NCBI GenBank assembly: GCA_964016885.1
Contig: OZ024742.1
Coordinates: forward strand, 365,304,001 to 365,368,000
Reading direction: 5' to 3'
Origin: Eledone cirrhosa
Lineage: Eukaryota
DNA: 64,000 nucleotides
Of the stretch, positions 42,801 through 56,915 are shown in pieces. Under the pieces are notes generated by a model, which had not been told where the DNA came from, ran no database searches, and saw only the letters and a list, made by a program, of their open reading frames with translations. The first letter of the stretch is position 1; every line of letters starts with the position of its first letter. The position numbers were made by a program, and so were the translations under genes.

Positions 42801-43220
42801 ATATTAAATAAATGGAAGCTATATTTATAAAACCATATTTATTTTATTATATATATTTCAAGGGCAACCAAGACAACATTGGTACGCTTTCATCAGATAA
42901 AATACAAAGTTTGTTTTATAAATAGAGACATACCCATGAAAATCATACCTTATCGGTTGGAAATTCACTAGATAAGGTATGATTTTACCGATAAGGTATG
43001 ATTTTCATGGGTATGTCTCTATTTATAAAACAAACTTTGTATTTTATCTGATGAAAGCGTACCAATGTTGTCTTGGTTGCCCTTGAAATATATATAATAA
43101 AATAAATGTGGTTTTAAAATATAGTTTCCATTTATTTATTATCATTGAATATTTACTCCAGTAACTTGTTGAGTGCTCCTAATCAGTTATAAACATTTAT
43201 ATTTGTCGGATTTCCAACAA
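42796..43220. mobile_element. Non-coding fold-back element with two intact HHRs (family of 16385-16813)
   Basis: Arms 42796-42957 and 42987-43147. HHRs 42842-42902 (-) and 43042-43102 (+): ttttat-CTGATGA-aag..ctt-GAAA-tatata-TA|-ataaaa. Confidence 0.9.
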
Positions 43221-43237
43221 ATTAAATACCACTTCTA

Positions 43238-43282
<45 letters not shown>

Positions 43283-43711
43283 TTCCATGGTGTGTGTGTC
43301 TTCTGACGTTGTTGTGTCTTAAGCAACAATATATCATCTATTATGTGAAGAGCTATTTCTAGGATGGGTTTATTATCAACTTATATGTTCCTGTTTATCA
43401 TTGTTTTATTGTCCGGTGTACTATGTTGTAAGTCCACGCTGAGACTACTCACTTGTGTTGTAATTAAGTGGCCAAAGTAATACTTTATAGCTTTCATTTT
43501 TACACTGAAATTTATAAATCACATTGATTATAATCAATAATTATTTGTAGCTCGTTCTCGGGTTTACTTGTTTGCTGATTGATTATCGTTTTAATGAGGA
43601 AGTTGTTTTATTGTACTAATGGTTTTATATCGTATGAAATATGTATATATATATATATGTGTGTGTGTGCGTGTGCGTGTGTGTGCGTGTGCATGTGCGT
43701 GTGTGTGTATG

Positions 43712-43752
<41 letters not shown>

Positions 43753-44154
43753 TCCGAAGAAGGCGGTATTATCGAGCCCATATATTATGCCTGATAGTAT
43801 ACAGTTCTCTAACAGCTATGTGCACCCGAGCACTGTACACAATAATTTCATTATTATTATGATGAACCCTCCGAAACGATCGTCATTCCGTGATGGTATT
43901 ACACTTGTAATGCAAGGCCACTTAAGGTGATATTTCATTTGTAATGCTAGAGTTTGCATCAGATTGGAGAATGGCACTCTTGGTAAGATGGAATAGGCAG
44001 AACAACTTACCTGTATCTTACTATAAAATCAGAAATGTTGCTACAATAAGAATTCGCTTTTCATAGTTCTGAATTGTAGCTCTACATTTGTCCCTGCAAA
44101 TAATTATTTGTCTAAAGTTACTGATTTATACATATATGCTGGACATGTAATTAT

Positions 44155-44632
44155 AGCCTTCTCCACTACTTTTTTGCCCACATGTTACTGAGAGGGCCGT
44201 GGGTGCAGAGTCCTCAGACACTCCTTCCATCAGGTCCTGTCAGATGCAACCGTCTCCAACTCCGCCAGCTGGATCTCCAAGCGAGACCACCACGCTCATG
44301 GATGTTATCCAACCATCTTGCTCAGGATCTACCCCCGGGTCTCCTGTCGATTCGATTTGCCCGTTAAATCTGTCCAGCGATTCTTTCCTGAGACATTCTA
44401 AACACATGCTCATAGAATCAGAGCTGTAATCTCTCAATTCGGAGAAGTAGGGGCTCTACCTGGAGGGACTCTTTGATCTCCTAGTTACACCTTTACTCCA
44501 GTAACGTTACTCTAAATATACTTCGGAGGAACCTCATTTCGGCCGCTTGTATTCGCGATCGTATTCTTTCGCTCATTACTAAAGATTCATGACGATAGAT
44601 AAGGGTTGGCAGGTATATCGATTTGAAGATAA
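44155..44632 (-). mobile_element. RTE-clade (Rex3/Expander-like) LINE 3' fragment
   Basis: IFKSIYLPTLIYRHESLVMSERIRSRIQAAEMRFLR; downstream RPRGRSRARW-type motif. Confidence 0.85.
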
Positions 44633-45067
44633 TTGTATTCAAGAAATAAATTATTAAAATATAATTCTTATCATCAATCACATTCACTTGTCAATATTCA
44701 CCACAAATTATAGGTTTTCTTTTATTAAAACCATTAATTTGCGAAACCTCAAATTCCTAAGTCTGTACGATTGTTCATCCCTTAATCCTGGTGTATATGA
44801 CATACCGGTCCTGGACTCTAAATAGTAAATTCATTCAACAGTATGTTCGTCAATATTATCGGTATCAATCCAATAATATAGTATATTATTAGTACTTGCT
44901 TACGGTTAGGTGTTAAGTATTGTGTGATACATTTCATGAAATACGTGCTCAGATGTGTTAGAGATAGTCTAGGCAGCAGTCATTAGTAAACAATTTTGTT
45001 ATTTGTGTTGTTCTATAGACGAGTAAACCAAAATACATATGCCTTGATAATTGCAGTGTGTTTGTGA

Positions 45068-45352
45068 GGGACGTGCCTTAGTATTTATGGTGTACGGCTC
45101 ATTAATTCAAGCTTATGAGTTCGTCTCCCAGCGACGTGCTTTGTCCTAGAGCAAGATATTTTATTTCTGGTTGCTCCAGTCTCCTTAGATGGCCAACCTT
45201 GTCACAGTCGCAACCTAAATCTCCCTCGGAACTAGGTTATGGTTGCACGGGTAGAATGCTCAGCCACTAGTACGCTAATGTGTTAACGTCACAAGTAGGC
45301 TGACCTGTTGTTCGAACAACTGGATCACCCATCGCCGTAACTGACGGAGGTC
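45068..45352 (+). mobile_element. Second SINE family copy (tRNA-like head, degenerate)
   Basis: A-box-like gtgccttagtatttatgg, B-box-like gagttcgtctccc, then gtcctagagcaaga. A related piece lies at 45900-46010. Confidence 0.55.
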
Positions 45353-46298
45353 CAACACACGCTCCAAAAAGATACGAGGCCGCCATGTTACTATCAATTG
45401 CTATTAATTTTAATAGACAGAAATTTGTATACAATCTAAATCTACACCCAAGCCATACATTTATATATTTTTTAATACTCTCGGGTCCCAGATAATTGTG
45501 GGGGGGGGGGGGGGAATAAGCGGCGTGGGGATCGTTAATCTTTCAAGGATTTCTCCGTTGATTTTTAAAAAAACCAGAATTAGTCGTTTAGTTTACTTAT
45601 TGAGACCCCCAACCCATCATATTTATTTTATAACATATGGGATTTCTTGTAATGTACATTTGTTGTCATATATAATGTTTTTTAATGTCTAAAGAAAATT
45701 AATTGTCGTAGGAATGCTGTCACTTAAAATAAAATTTGGCCGGAGATAGATTAGCCAAATTAATAGGGGGTGGTGGTGGGGTAGAATAAGAGTGAGTGGG
45801 GCGGTGTTCATTCGAGACCCGAGACAATAACTAAACCCTACATATTCTTACTGATTTCGTAGTGGTTGGAGCAATTTCTATTTTATATACTAAATATCTT
45901 TTGTTTTCACTGTTCAGTGAGAATGTTATGGGTACACGTGTCTGTGGAGTTCTCTGGTACTTTCATGTTAATTCCATGAGCTAGCTGCTCAATAGTTCGA
46001 ACATTTGGAGCATTAGTGTCTCCAATACGTTAAAGAAGAACACACACACACATAGCCCCCCCCCCCCCCCCCCCCACACACACACACATACCCACACATA
46101 CACAGATATGCTCACTGTGTAGACAAACAGATATGTTTAATCAATGTGTAGCAAAGGAGAAGTAAAGAAAGTTATAAATAGCCTGTAAAATGTAATGAAG
46201 AGTTATCGTACCTACCAACCCAGGAAGTTAAGTCTCATAATAGACTCACCTACAACATTCTTTCCTCGTGCTTCTCTCCTTCTCATCTACACACACAC

Positions 46299-46333
<35 letters not shown>

Positions 46334-46515
46334 CGTATGTGTGTGTGTATATATATATATACACATGCATATATGTACATATGCATATATATGTATGTGT
46401 GTATGTAAGTCCATGTGTGTCTGTTTTTATCTGCCTATCTTCTGCAGCTCCATGTTACCTTTTGTTTATGTTCTACCTTTATTTCATATTGTATATATCG
46501 TGCATATACTGCCTG

Positions 46516-46568
<53 letters not shown>

Positions 46569-46667
46569 ATGTATGTATGTATGTTTAGATGTTTGTTTTT
46601 CTGATGTTCTCTCCATATTGTTTTCCTTGTTTATCGATTCTTATGATTCTCTGCTATTGTGTTGTTG

Positions 46668-46699
<32 letters not shown>

Positions 46700-46828
46700 G
46701 GTGGTGTTGTTGTTTAACTTACAATTATTTTATTTACTTCTTTACTTTTTATATATATTTTAGTGTGAATGTTGCACACTGTTGTTAGCATAGGTATCTG
46801 TATCTGTGTGTGTATGAATGTGTGTGTC

Positions 46829-46897
<69 letters not shown>

Positions 46898-46949
46898 ATG
46901 TGTGTGTGGAAGTATGTATATATGTATGCCTATGGGTATATAGGTGTTT

Positions 46950-47007
<58 letters not shown>

Positions 47008-47067
47008 TATATACATATATGTATATACATATATATAACTATATAAATACATATATATATATACATT

Positions 47068-47100
<33 letters not shown>

Positions 47101-47613
47101 GTATGTATGTATATATATACATATATATATATATATATGTATGTGTGCTCCTATGCGTATGTGTGAGTGTGTGTGTGTACGTGCGTACAGGTGTGTGTAT
47201 GTGTTGTACATATCCTACACACTCCTTCCTCCACCACCTGTTTCCATCCCACTGACGAAGCTAGTGAAACAAATAATGGCAAGCGTTTGTAGTGAGACAA
47301 AAAACAAACAAGAGTTCCATTTATCTTTCACTTTCTACACTTAACACGTATACGATAGAATGTTGATGGGTGGCACCCGCTAGCATCTTTCCACTTTGAA
47401 AAACACTCGTGTTTATTTCTTCGTCTTTATTCAACAATATATACCACCCTGGATGTTTTCACATTCGTGATGTGTATTTTCCAAAACAAATAAATAGGCG
47501 ATCCATCACGCATTCTGCATTCAAACTTCGCGTCACTGTAATATAAATCTCTCAATAAAATTGATTCCTATATATTCTGAATACCAAAAATATTTGAAGA
47601 TATGTAAACACAT

Positions 47614-47691
<78 letters not shown>

Positions 47692-47898
47692 TTATATATA
47701 TAATTATGCATGCACGGAACAAAAGCATTTCCTGGCGTGAGATATCCGTAGATAAAAGGTCAAACACAAAATGCTCAATCTATTGAATGAGAGTTTAGTT
47801 ACTATGAATTAACATGTAAACTCGAACATGAGGTTTGGTGTCCAATTATGGCCTCCAGTATAGAGCGGAGGAGTGGCCCCTCGTCGAGCGCTAAACTC

Positions 47899-47961
<63 letters not shown>

Positions 47962-48160
47962 CTATACACTTTTAATCTTCTTTCCCTTCTAGCCAACTGG
48001 TGGAGGCCATGCTTGGGCACCGCTATTGTTGTTGCTTTTTTACATGATATAACTTAATGTATATATATATATATATATATGTGTGTAATAAAAGAATTTA
48101 ACATATATATATATATATATATATATATACGTTATAGATCTATATATCGAAAGAGAGAAA

Positions 48161-48200
<40 letters not shown>

Positions 48201-48681
48201 GAGAAAGCGAGAGAAAGAAAAAAGAAAGAGGGAAGTGTATGGAACCAAACGTGATGTCTCAACCAGGAATCTAACACCCGACCTCATGATCCTGACACAA
48301 ACACCCTAACCATTAGATTATACATCTCCCCCAAATATGCATGTGTGTGTGTATGTTGACAGATAGTAAATTCACAGTGAAACAAACTGTGAAACAGAAT
48401 CAATTCTGTGTATCAATTGCTTTCATAGACATAAAGAAATATGTCTCCTCCACCTGATACGGTAGAACAGAAGTAACAAAGGTTGGAAAACATGGTTGTC
48501 CATTAGAAATGTTCAGGTTAGGTCTAAAGGTAACCATCAAACAGTTCAGTTGAAACACACATTTCACATCTTCTGGACATCATCCTAGAAACTATGTCAG
48601 GCAAATAATATCCCTATAGCAAGCATCAGGAGAAAACTTTTAATTCCGTAGGAACTACGAATATTCTCTCTCTAATATATA

Positions 48682-48717
48682 TCTTTTGATGAAGGACTAG
48701 CGTCCGAAACGTTAAGA
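48682..48717 (+). ncRNA. Minimal hammerhead (C3>T); related copy 56253-56288 (-) with intact CTGATGA but G12>A
   Basis: tctt-TTGATGA-a ggac tagc gtcc-GAAA-cg-TT|-aaga; stem III is the palindrome ACGT. Confidence 0.72.
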
Positions 48718-48925
48718 CCCTCTTCCTGCTGTATCAAGCGTTAACCTAATATATCCCTTCCATATACTCTACCGATTGTGTTGTTCTTTCTGTTTAACTT
48801 TTACATACATATATATTGTAAGGGTTTATTAACTGTTGTGGAACTAATATATATATATATATGAAGTGTTTCCGTAGGAAAGGTAAAGGAAAAGAGAGTG
48901 CTCTATGTAGGCTACAGAGCTTTTT

Positions 48926-49130
48926 AGTTATGTAATAAACAACATAAGATAATTATTTCATTTACCAAAGGTTTCACGAAAATTTATTTAAAATAGATGT
49001 GAGATATCTCACATCCATTTTAAATAAATTTTCATTCTGACGACCGAAGTCAGACGTCTGTGTCAGGCTCGTTTGTCTTCGTGAAACCTTTGGTAAATGA
49101 AATAATTATCTTATGTTGTTTATTACATAA

Positions 49131-49133
<3 letters not shown>
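48926..49133. mobile_element. Fold-back mini-element with intact HHR (49030-49102, +)
   Basis: tttcatt-CTGACGA-c cgaag..cttcg t-GAAA-cc ttt gg-TA|-aatgaaa. 48926-48980 is the inverted copy of 49078-49131. Confidence 0.85.
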
Positions 49134-49188
<55 letters not shown>

Positions 49189-49309
49189 TCACAACAGCTA
49201 ATAAACCATTTTCGAGGTCAGGTGTTTCACCTTGCGGACGGACTTTCAACTCGAGTGAATGGTTTATATATAAATCTGAGCAGAAGGATCCCTAGTTTAT
49301 TGTTGGTTA

Positions 49310-49503
49310 GAGATATCTTTAATAACGTTGCATACCTTTACAATGAGGAACTAACGACCAATGGCTTTAGGGGCTAGAGATATCTTTAACAACGTTGCAT
49401 ACCTTTACAATGAGGAACTAACGACTAATGGCTTTAGGGGCTAGAGATATCTTTAACAATGTTGCATACCCTTACAATGAGGAACTAACGACTAATGGCT
49501 TTA
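49310..49503 (+). repeat. 67-bp triple tandem repeat derived from a PLE RT thumb
   Basis: Units at 49311, 49378 and 49445 translate DIFNNVAYPYNEELTTNGF, similar to IFDRAAPYYNTALANSGF in the PLE near 30700. Confidence 0.7.
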
Positions 49504-50689
49504 ACGAGACAGTAGAGAAGGAAAACTTAACCAGCTTAAATACTTCATTCAACCCAGTAATATTCACAATTATTACTCGAAGTTTCTTATCACAACCTCC
49601 CAAATGGACAATAACCCCCATAAACTCTTTAATCTCTGTACCGTTATGATTAGCTACTCATGTCTAAATAATGTCCCTCCTAACATCGCAGTCTAAAACA
49701 CAAGAAAATGTACATTCATCGAGTGGTTTGCAAGTGCCAAACATCAACTAGCCCTCAAGTTGGAGATCCTGCCGCTCAAAGCCTGTGATCCATAGAGCCG
49801 TTTTCACTCCACCAAGATGAATCTCGAGTAAACGCACGAGCGTAACAGCAAATTATTTTAAGGAAAGGTTATATGGGCATAATAATTCCTGGGATAAGGA
49901 AGTGCAATGCCTTGGTCCCTTTTTAAAGACTCGAAGACAAGTCAAAGTGAAGAATACATGCTCAACACGGATACGATATAGTAAACGACTATATTGACTT
50001 CGGCATGATTTGAACTGAGAAGTGAGAGCGGCAGAACAAGAGTTCTATCTGATGTTATAATGAGTTTTCCATTTCGACACATAATAAAGTCATAGATACT
50101 AGTAATTATGATCTTCCTACATTTAAAATCTAACGTGTGCTCAACACAGAGACTAACCCGAAAAACTGCAACGGAGGTCTGACGGATTACATCATCCAAG
50201 TTTGTAGAGCAAAGCATTATTTCTACTCAAAACACAAATTGTCGGATCAACTCTCAGAAGTCTTATGCTTCCATCAACCCACCAGCCTGGACTTGCACTT
50301 AATTTATCGTCCCAGAAGGGATAAAGAACGCAATTGACCTCAACAAAATTTGAATTCAAACTGCAGGTATTACTGAAAAGCATTTTGTCTCAAGCTCAAA
50401 CGATTGTCAGTTCACCACTTTATTGTTAAGGCTTGAACTTTTACTTCAGAGAGATGTCAAATATTAAATATTGAGCAGCGTACCAGATGTTTCAAACTCG
50501 ATAATAATGGCCTTAAGATCTTAATCTATTAACAATAGCGTAAGTAGAATCTCAACACACTTCACATTCGTGAACTTTATCGATTAAACAAGTCGTTTGG
50601 AATGTAAGTTAATTCAGAAGAAATATATCGCTACATGTATGATGTTTTGCATTAAATCTGTTAATTCAAAACAACCATGCAAAATATTT

Positions 50690-51330
50690 ATTTAATCTGG
50701 GATATACCATGATTTAGAAGGCTGCTATGGTGCTCATACATACGGCACAATATAATTATTCTGGCAAGCAGAAGCCATTTCTTGCAAATGTGAAAAGACG
50801 GGAAACTCCCCTGGTAGAGTTACGTAACCCACTATGACTCTCTGCCATAAACAAATCTCCTGTGTACAGTTTCAGGAGGGCAAAGAAGAAACCTTCAAAG
50901 AAAATACTGGTCCGACAACATGAAGGACAGGACAAGGTTCAACAGAGCGATCAGTGTATGGTGGAGGAGGGAGATCAGTGGTGACTGTTGACTATTACAG
51001 CAGCTCTGACGACAAGATCTTCACAGATCTCAATACTGTGTCTTCTGCATATGACAGGCTTCTGTGGTGTCTGGTGAGTGCCAGAGCGGGTCAGACATTG
51101 TCAAAGACTGGCTGAACTGGACTTGGTTCAACACAGAGACCTTCCTGTGTATGGTGGAGGAGGGAATCTGACGAATGCTGAATGTCAAAGATGATCTGAC
51201 CACAAGGACTGGACTGAACTGCTCTCACCATAGCGACCCTTCTATGTATGACGAAGGAGAGAAATCAGTGATGATTAGAGACGACCAGGACTTCTAAAAT
51301 CGCAGCCCAACGACTGACTGCATCAGGTAT
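50690..51330 (+). mobile_element. Degenerate RTE 3' fragment with internally repeated end
   Basis: VKRRETPL../HYDSL../GGQRRNLQRKYWSDNMKD relic. gtgtatggtggaggaggga is repeated, and the fragment ends in (GAT)n. Confidence 0.55.
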
Positions 51331-51966
51331 GAGATGATGATGATGATAAAGAGCATGAATAATCAACATTTCTGCGGGTTTTTTATTTTGTTTGGACACG
51401 CGTGACCTTTTGACGCTGTTAATATCGTAGAAAAAGTAACATCGCTTTGATATCCGGTTCTTCCCTACACAACACCCTACATCTAGATGACGTTCCTTTC
51501 TCTTTCGTGAAAAGAAAATCCGATGTAAAAACAACTGTTGTAATATATCTGTTACATGTGAGGATGAAAAGGAAGAAAGAACTTTCGTATTAGCTGCAAT
51601 AAAACAATTAGTGACCACTAGACTTAGAGAGTAATCGTATGTAGTAGCTTTAATGGTAATTACTGCTCGCGTAACTACTTTCCTGTAGAAAGAAGAAACA
51701 GAAGAACACAACAATAACAACTACAGTAGTAACAATAACAACTACAGTAGTAACAATAAAAACAAAAGCAACAATAACAAAAGCAATAACAACAAGAAAT
51801 CACATTCTTTCAAGATGTCGTAAGACTCTCTTTCACTCTCCATTCTCTCATTCTCTTTCAGCCATTCTCTAATTCCTTCAATCCCTTTCTCTCCTCACAC
51901 TCTACTAAACTCACTCACTCTATATATTTGTATTCCACACATTTCTCTCTCCATATCTATTAACAT

Positions 51967-52017
<51 letters not shown>

Positions 52018-52019
52018 CA

Positions 52020-52527
52020 TGATCAAACCGCCACCCTCCTTCAAAAACGAGTGAGAGGCGGTTTTCCTATGTGTTATGGCTATGGTGAAAGAGGTTATAT
52101 GGTGGACGAGGTTAAAAGGGCTGAGATCAGACACCTTTCTCTCCGGCGAGCAACTGATTCGTTTTTTCAAATATCATTTTGGAAGAAGAATCAGGATGGA
52201 GAGAGAGGTGCTGTACCCCAGCAAATTGTATAAAAGGTGAGTGAATGTGGCAAAGATGGCCCGAGGGGTTGGGCCTTCTCTCTATATAAGCCTGCAGGTT
52301 GAGGAAAAAGAGGAAGAGAGGAAGGGAGTACTCACTGTTGGTGCTCCTGATGATGAGGGTTGTACATTTGTTCGTGGTGTGTACAACCCCTGCGTAACGC
52401 CTCCCCACTATTGGGGATTTCAATTGTTATTTGTTATTTTATTAATAGTTTTAATTTCATACACCTGTATGTAACTCCCCATTTGTATTTGTCCCCTTCT
52501 TTTGTGCCCTTGTGGCTAATAAAGAAA
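52020..52527 (+). mobile_element. Tx1-like LINE 3' fragment in (CTAT)n
   Basis: Homologous to 22922-23433. Confidence 0.88.
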
Positions 52528-52579
52528 TTTATCTATATAGCTACCTATCTATCTATCTATATATCTATCTATATATATA

Positions 52580-53686
52580 TCTATGAGGCAACCTTGAAAG
52601 AGATACTGCTAGACATTGACTTTATGCAGAGGGCCAAACAGTATGGGAGTATTTCGGTACTCCTCAAAAGCGAGGCCCTTGCACAAAGATATTGAGTGAC
52701 GGCAATACTGTCCCAAAAATACACCTTTTTCCCTACATACCTGGGAAAAAGGACACAAAAAATTAGAGTTTCAAACATAACACCAAATATTAATATTTGG
52801 TGGATATTGGCAGGATTTTTAGAGGAGAGAAAAGACACTATTCTCGCCATCAAAAGGTCAACCAAACACATCTGGTCTGGTACAAATTTGGAGATTCTGG
52901 TGCAAATGAGCCCGGAAAGAATCTCCAAAATACCAGAAAAAGTACTGATGGACAACAACAGCCACATAAACATTTCGGTAGAGGGCCGAAAACCTCATTG
53001 CTTTCATTGCAATAGCACTACACACTTAAAGGCCTCCTGCCCTTTACAAACACGCTCAACCAAAACAATACAAAAGAAAACAATATTACCAACACCAACA
53101 CCAAAGCAACCAGCACCACACGTACAACAACAGACGAAACGAGAAAACACACCAAAACAAACAGCCACTCAACCAACAACAACAGAAAAAAACACAGACA
53201 ACACCTCTGAAGAACACAGCCCCACCCCATCCCACTCCATCAAACAAACACACCGAAACACCACGACCACACAACATACCCCTACCCCACACTCCTGACG
53301 ATGATTATTCATCGACAGATGAGGCTGCTTCCCCTTTAAGTGAAGAAGGAGAGCCTCGGAAATCTAAAAAACAAAAAAAGAGACACCACAAAACCCCCCA
53401 AAACTCCAATCACCAACACCAACACACAACCCCAGACACAAACAACACAAACAACACCACAGTCAAACATCCCCCTACCAGCAAAACCAACGCCAACACA
53501 ATTCCAAACATGAGCACCCACCATAAAAGGAAAACTCCCGGACGAACAACAAACTAAAACAATACAACAAAAACACAAACAACAATACGCATACATCAAC
53601 ACAAACAACAAGAGTTTGATGGAGGTCATCTTCCAAAACCCCAAGGTGGAGACGGAGGGTAAAACTTTCAGCGCTTTGGCGCTTTT
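52580..53686 (+). pseudogene. LINE ORF1 (gag-like) fragment with CCHC zinc knuckle and P/T/K-rich tail
   Basis: VEGRKPHCFHCNSTTHLKASC (CX2CX4HX4C); in-frame stops at 52693 and 53296. Confidence 0.8.
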
Positions 53687-53687
53687 T

Positions 53688-55712
53688 CGTCGAGAACCTG
53701 GTAAGGAAAGCGCAAACGTGTGCAATCCCGACCAAGTCCATACACGACAACCTCCACCTCATGCGATATATCATAGAGAGGGTGGGTAGTAAACCCGGCT
53801 TCGGTGGGGCGCTGATCAATTTGGATCAGCCTAAGGCATTGGATAGGGTCGACCATCGATACTTGAAAGCGGTTCTCAAGGCGACCGGTTTCGGTCGCGT
53901 TTTCAGAGGCTGGATCGAGGCGATGCACACCAGCATCTGCTCGAGGGTCAATATGAACGGCTACCTATCGGAGCCGTTCGCAATCACGCGTTCCATTCGA
54001 CAGGGGTGCCGTCTCTCCCCCATTCTGTATGTATTGACTCTAGAGCCACTACTGCGGAAATTGGAGCTGTTGCAGGTCATTCCTTTAGAACCGGGACTGC
54101 GCAAGGCGGCGACGGCTTATGCCGACGACGTAACGGTAATCGTGTCGAGCACCTCGGAAATCGGGGTGATCGGCAACTTACTGAAATAATACGAAACGCT
54201 GATGGGAGCAAAACTAAACCCGGACAAGTCTGTCGGTTTGCAACTCGGTACGTGGAGAGGCAAACCGATGACATCCGACAGCGTCGTTGGACGCTGGACG
54301 GACGGACCGGTGAAATTGCTCGGGGTCTGGTTCGGTCCAGACCTCCAGGTGGAGAAAAAACTGGATCGAGGTATCGACCAAGGTGTTTGCGCTCACCCAG
54401 AAGTGGGCAGAGTGCAAACTGTCCTTGAAAGGTCGAGCGGAGGTGGCGAACACTTTCATAGCGTCCGTCATCTACTACCGCTTGACTATCGTGCCTTGTC
54501 CCCGTGAACACCTCGCCAAGATGGAACGCATGCTCTTCCAGTTTCTGTGGAAGAAGCAGGCTCCGCTGGTGAGGAGATCCATCTGCTGTCAGCTCCCTTC
54601 CAATGGAGGGCTGGGAATGCCGTGACTAATGATGCGCAAACATGCGCTGAGGCTGCGGCATCTCCAGGTATTCCTCACCGACCCCCAACCGGTGTGGGCA
54701 CCATTTGTGAGACAGGCTTTCCCACAGTTCGTCTCGCTGACGGGGCTGCAGTCCTGGGTCGAGAAAAGACCGAAAACGATGGGCGCCTGGCACAGTCCTC
54801 TGGCAAGCGGGCGCAGCAATCAGTGGAGACTGCACTTCGAAATTCTACAGAGGGATTGTACGTTACAAGGGCGACGGCGTGCTCGGAGAGACTCTGGGCG
54901 TCGAAGACGATGAGCTCACCAGTATGTTTGGTAGGACTTTCCGCCCGGGACTTATGGACAACTTCCAGAGGTCCCTGGCCTGGCAGTGCTACCGATGAGC
55001 TCTACCGGTTCGTGACAAGATCTATAGGCACGGACGCCCCGGCAGGGATCCTTCCAAGAGGACGTGTCCAAGATGCGCGCAGGATTGAAATAGTCCTATA
55101 CGCAATTGTACACTGCCCGGCGTAACGGACCTGTGGAACTATGCAGAACAACTGCTGTCGTGTATGGGATAAATCCAGTTGACTGCCGAGTCCATAGTAA
55201 GGATCAAACCGCCAGCCTCTTTCAAAAACGAAAGAGAGGCGGTTTTCCTCTGTACAGTGGCTATGGTGAAAGAGGTTATATGGTGGACGAGATTGAGAGG
55301 ACTGAGGACAGATGCCTTTCTCTCCGGACAACAATTGATTCCCTTCTTTAAGTATCACTTTAGAAGGAGAATCAGAGTGGAGAGAGAGGCACTGCACACC
55401 ACTAAATTTACTGATAGGTGGGTGAATGAAGCGAAAATGGCCCGACTGATTGGGCCTTCTCTGTTTATAAGCCTTTAGGTTAAAGAAGAGTGCAAAAGGA
55501 AGAAAGGATCACTTGCACAACACGCTCCTAGAGTTGAGGGTTGTTCTATCGACGGGGTATTAAACAACTCATTTGTTGCGCTTCCCTCCCTATTGGGGAT
55601 TTCGATGGTTGCAATTGTTTGTTTTATATTTTTTACACGACTGTATGTAAAATCCCCGGCATGTCTTTGTATTGTCCCCTTTTCTTGTGCGCCCTTGTGG
55701 CAAATAAAGAAA
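53688..55712 (+). mobile_element. Tx1/L1-like LINE RT and 3' end, second copy
   Basis: Collinear with 21415-23433; LDQPKALDRVDH, RQGCRLSP, AYADD. Ends AATAAAGAAATCTATCTA. Confidence 0.92.
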
Positions 55713-56439
55713 TCTATCTATATATCTATCTAAACCGTTCTTTCTATTTATTTAGCTTACTCTCTCTATTTCTATTCCACTCCTTCCCACGTAAGTCTCT
55801 CTCTCTCTCTATTCCACTCCTTCCCACAGACACCCTCTCTTTCTCTCTCTACTGTACTAATTCTACACAAACACATACACACCAACTATCTATACATATA
55901 TACAATCTCTCACACTGTCGTATATTACGGAACGTTAAAGTAGTAAATGTTGCGATCAGTTTCAATAACACTCCCTGTGATACCAGTGACTACTTCCTAT
56001 TGGTTCATCTTCAAGTCACACGATATAATCAAAGTCTTATCTACAGTGAACACCACATGATTCTTATTTTTCTTTCAATTTCATTAAACTTAGAATAAGT
56101 TTTTCCAATGAGTTGCGAATATATATATATATTTATATATATAAATATATATATGTCTGTGTGTGTGTAAAAGGTAAACTGTACTAACAACAAAACGACA
56201 CATCATTCAGAAGAAATATATTAGTTTAACGCTGGAAATAGCAGGAAGAGAGTCTTTACGTTTTGGACACTAGTCTTTCATCAGAAGATAGAGTTAAAAA
56301 TAGGAGATAAATACAAATTAAAGAGTGATGAGAGAGAGGAACCGGGAAAGATGAAGGGAAAAAAGGGAAAAAACACTTGCGTATTGTATGTATCTGTACA
56401 TGTGTATATGGATATATCTATAAATATAATATAGATATT

Positions 56440-56509
<70 letters not shown>

Positions 56510-56843
56510 TGTGTGTGTATGTGTGCGTGTGTGTGTGTGTGTGTGTGCGCGCGTGCGTGTGCGTGTGTGAGTGTGTGTGCATACATCAAGTATAAACCGA
56601 CTCCGACGATGAGGACAACCTGTGTTTTAAGCTATCACTAAATCTCTACTGCATCCATCAAATAAATCTGTGTCATTCTTCTAACCTTTCCCACTGCCAT
56701 AATCTCTAGTTAAATGACCACAGAACATCGGAACATTTCAGTTATGTGGACATAAGGAAATATGGCGAATTGCCAGAGTCATTAGTGGTGCCGGATTAAA
56801 CATATCTCGACATTTGTTCCGGCTCACTATAATCCGATTCAAA

Positions 56844-56915
<72 letters not shown>

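Noticed and set aside
43748-43895. GAAACGATCGTC palindromic stem III with possible upstream CCGAAGA or ATGATGA
   Set aside because: No pairing stem I; not counted.
47245-47285. CTGACGA-agctagt-GAAAC hammerhead-like core
   Set aside because: I could not form convincing stems I and III. It may be a decayed HHR and was not counted.
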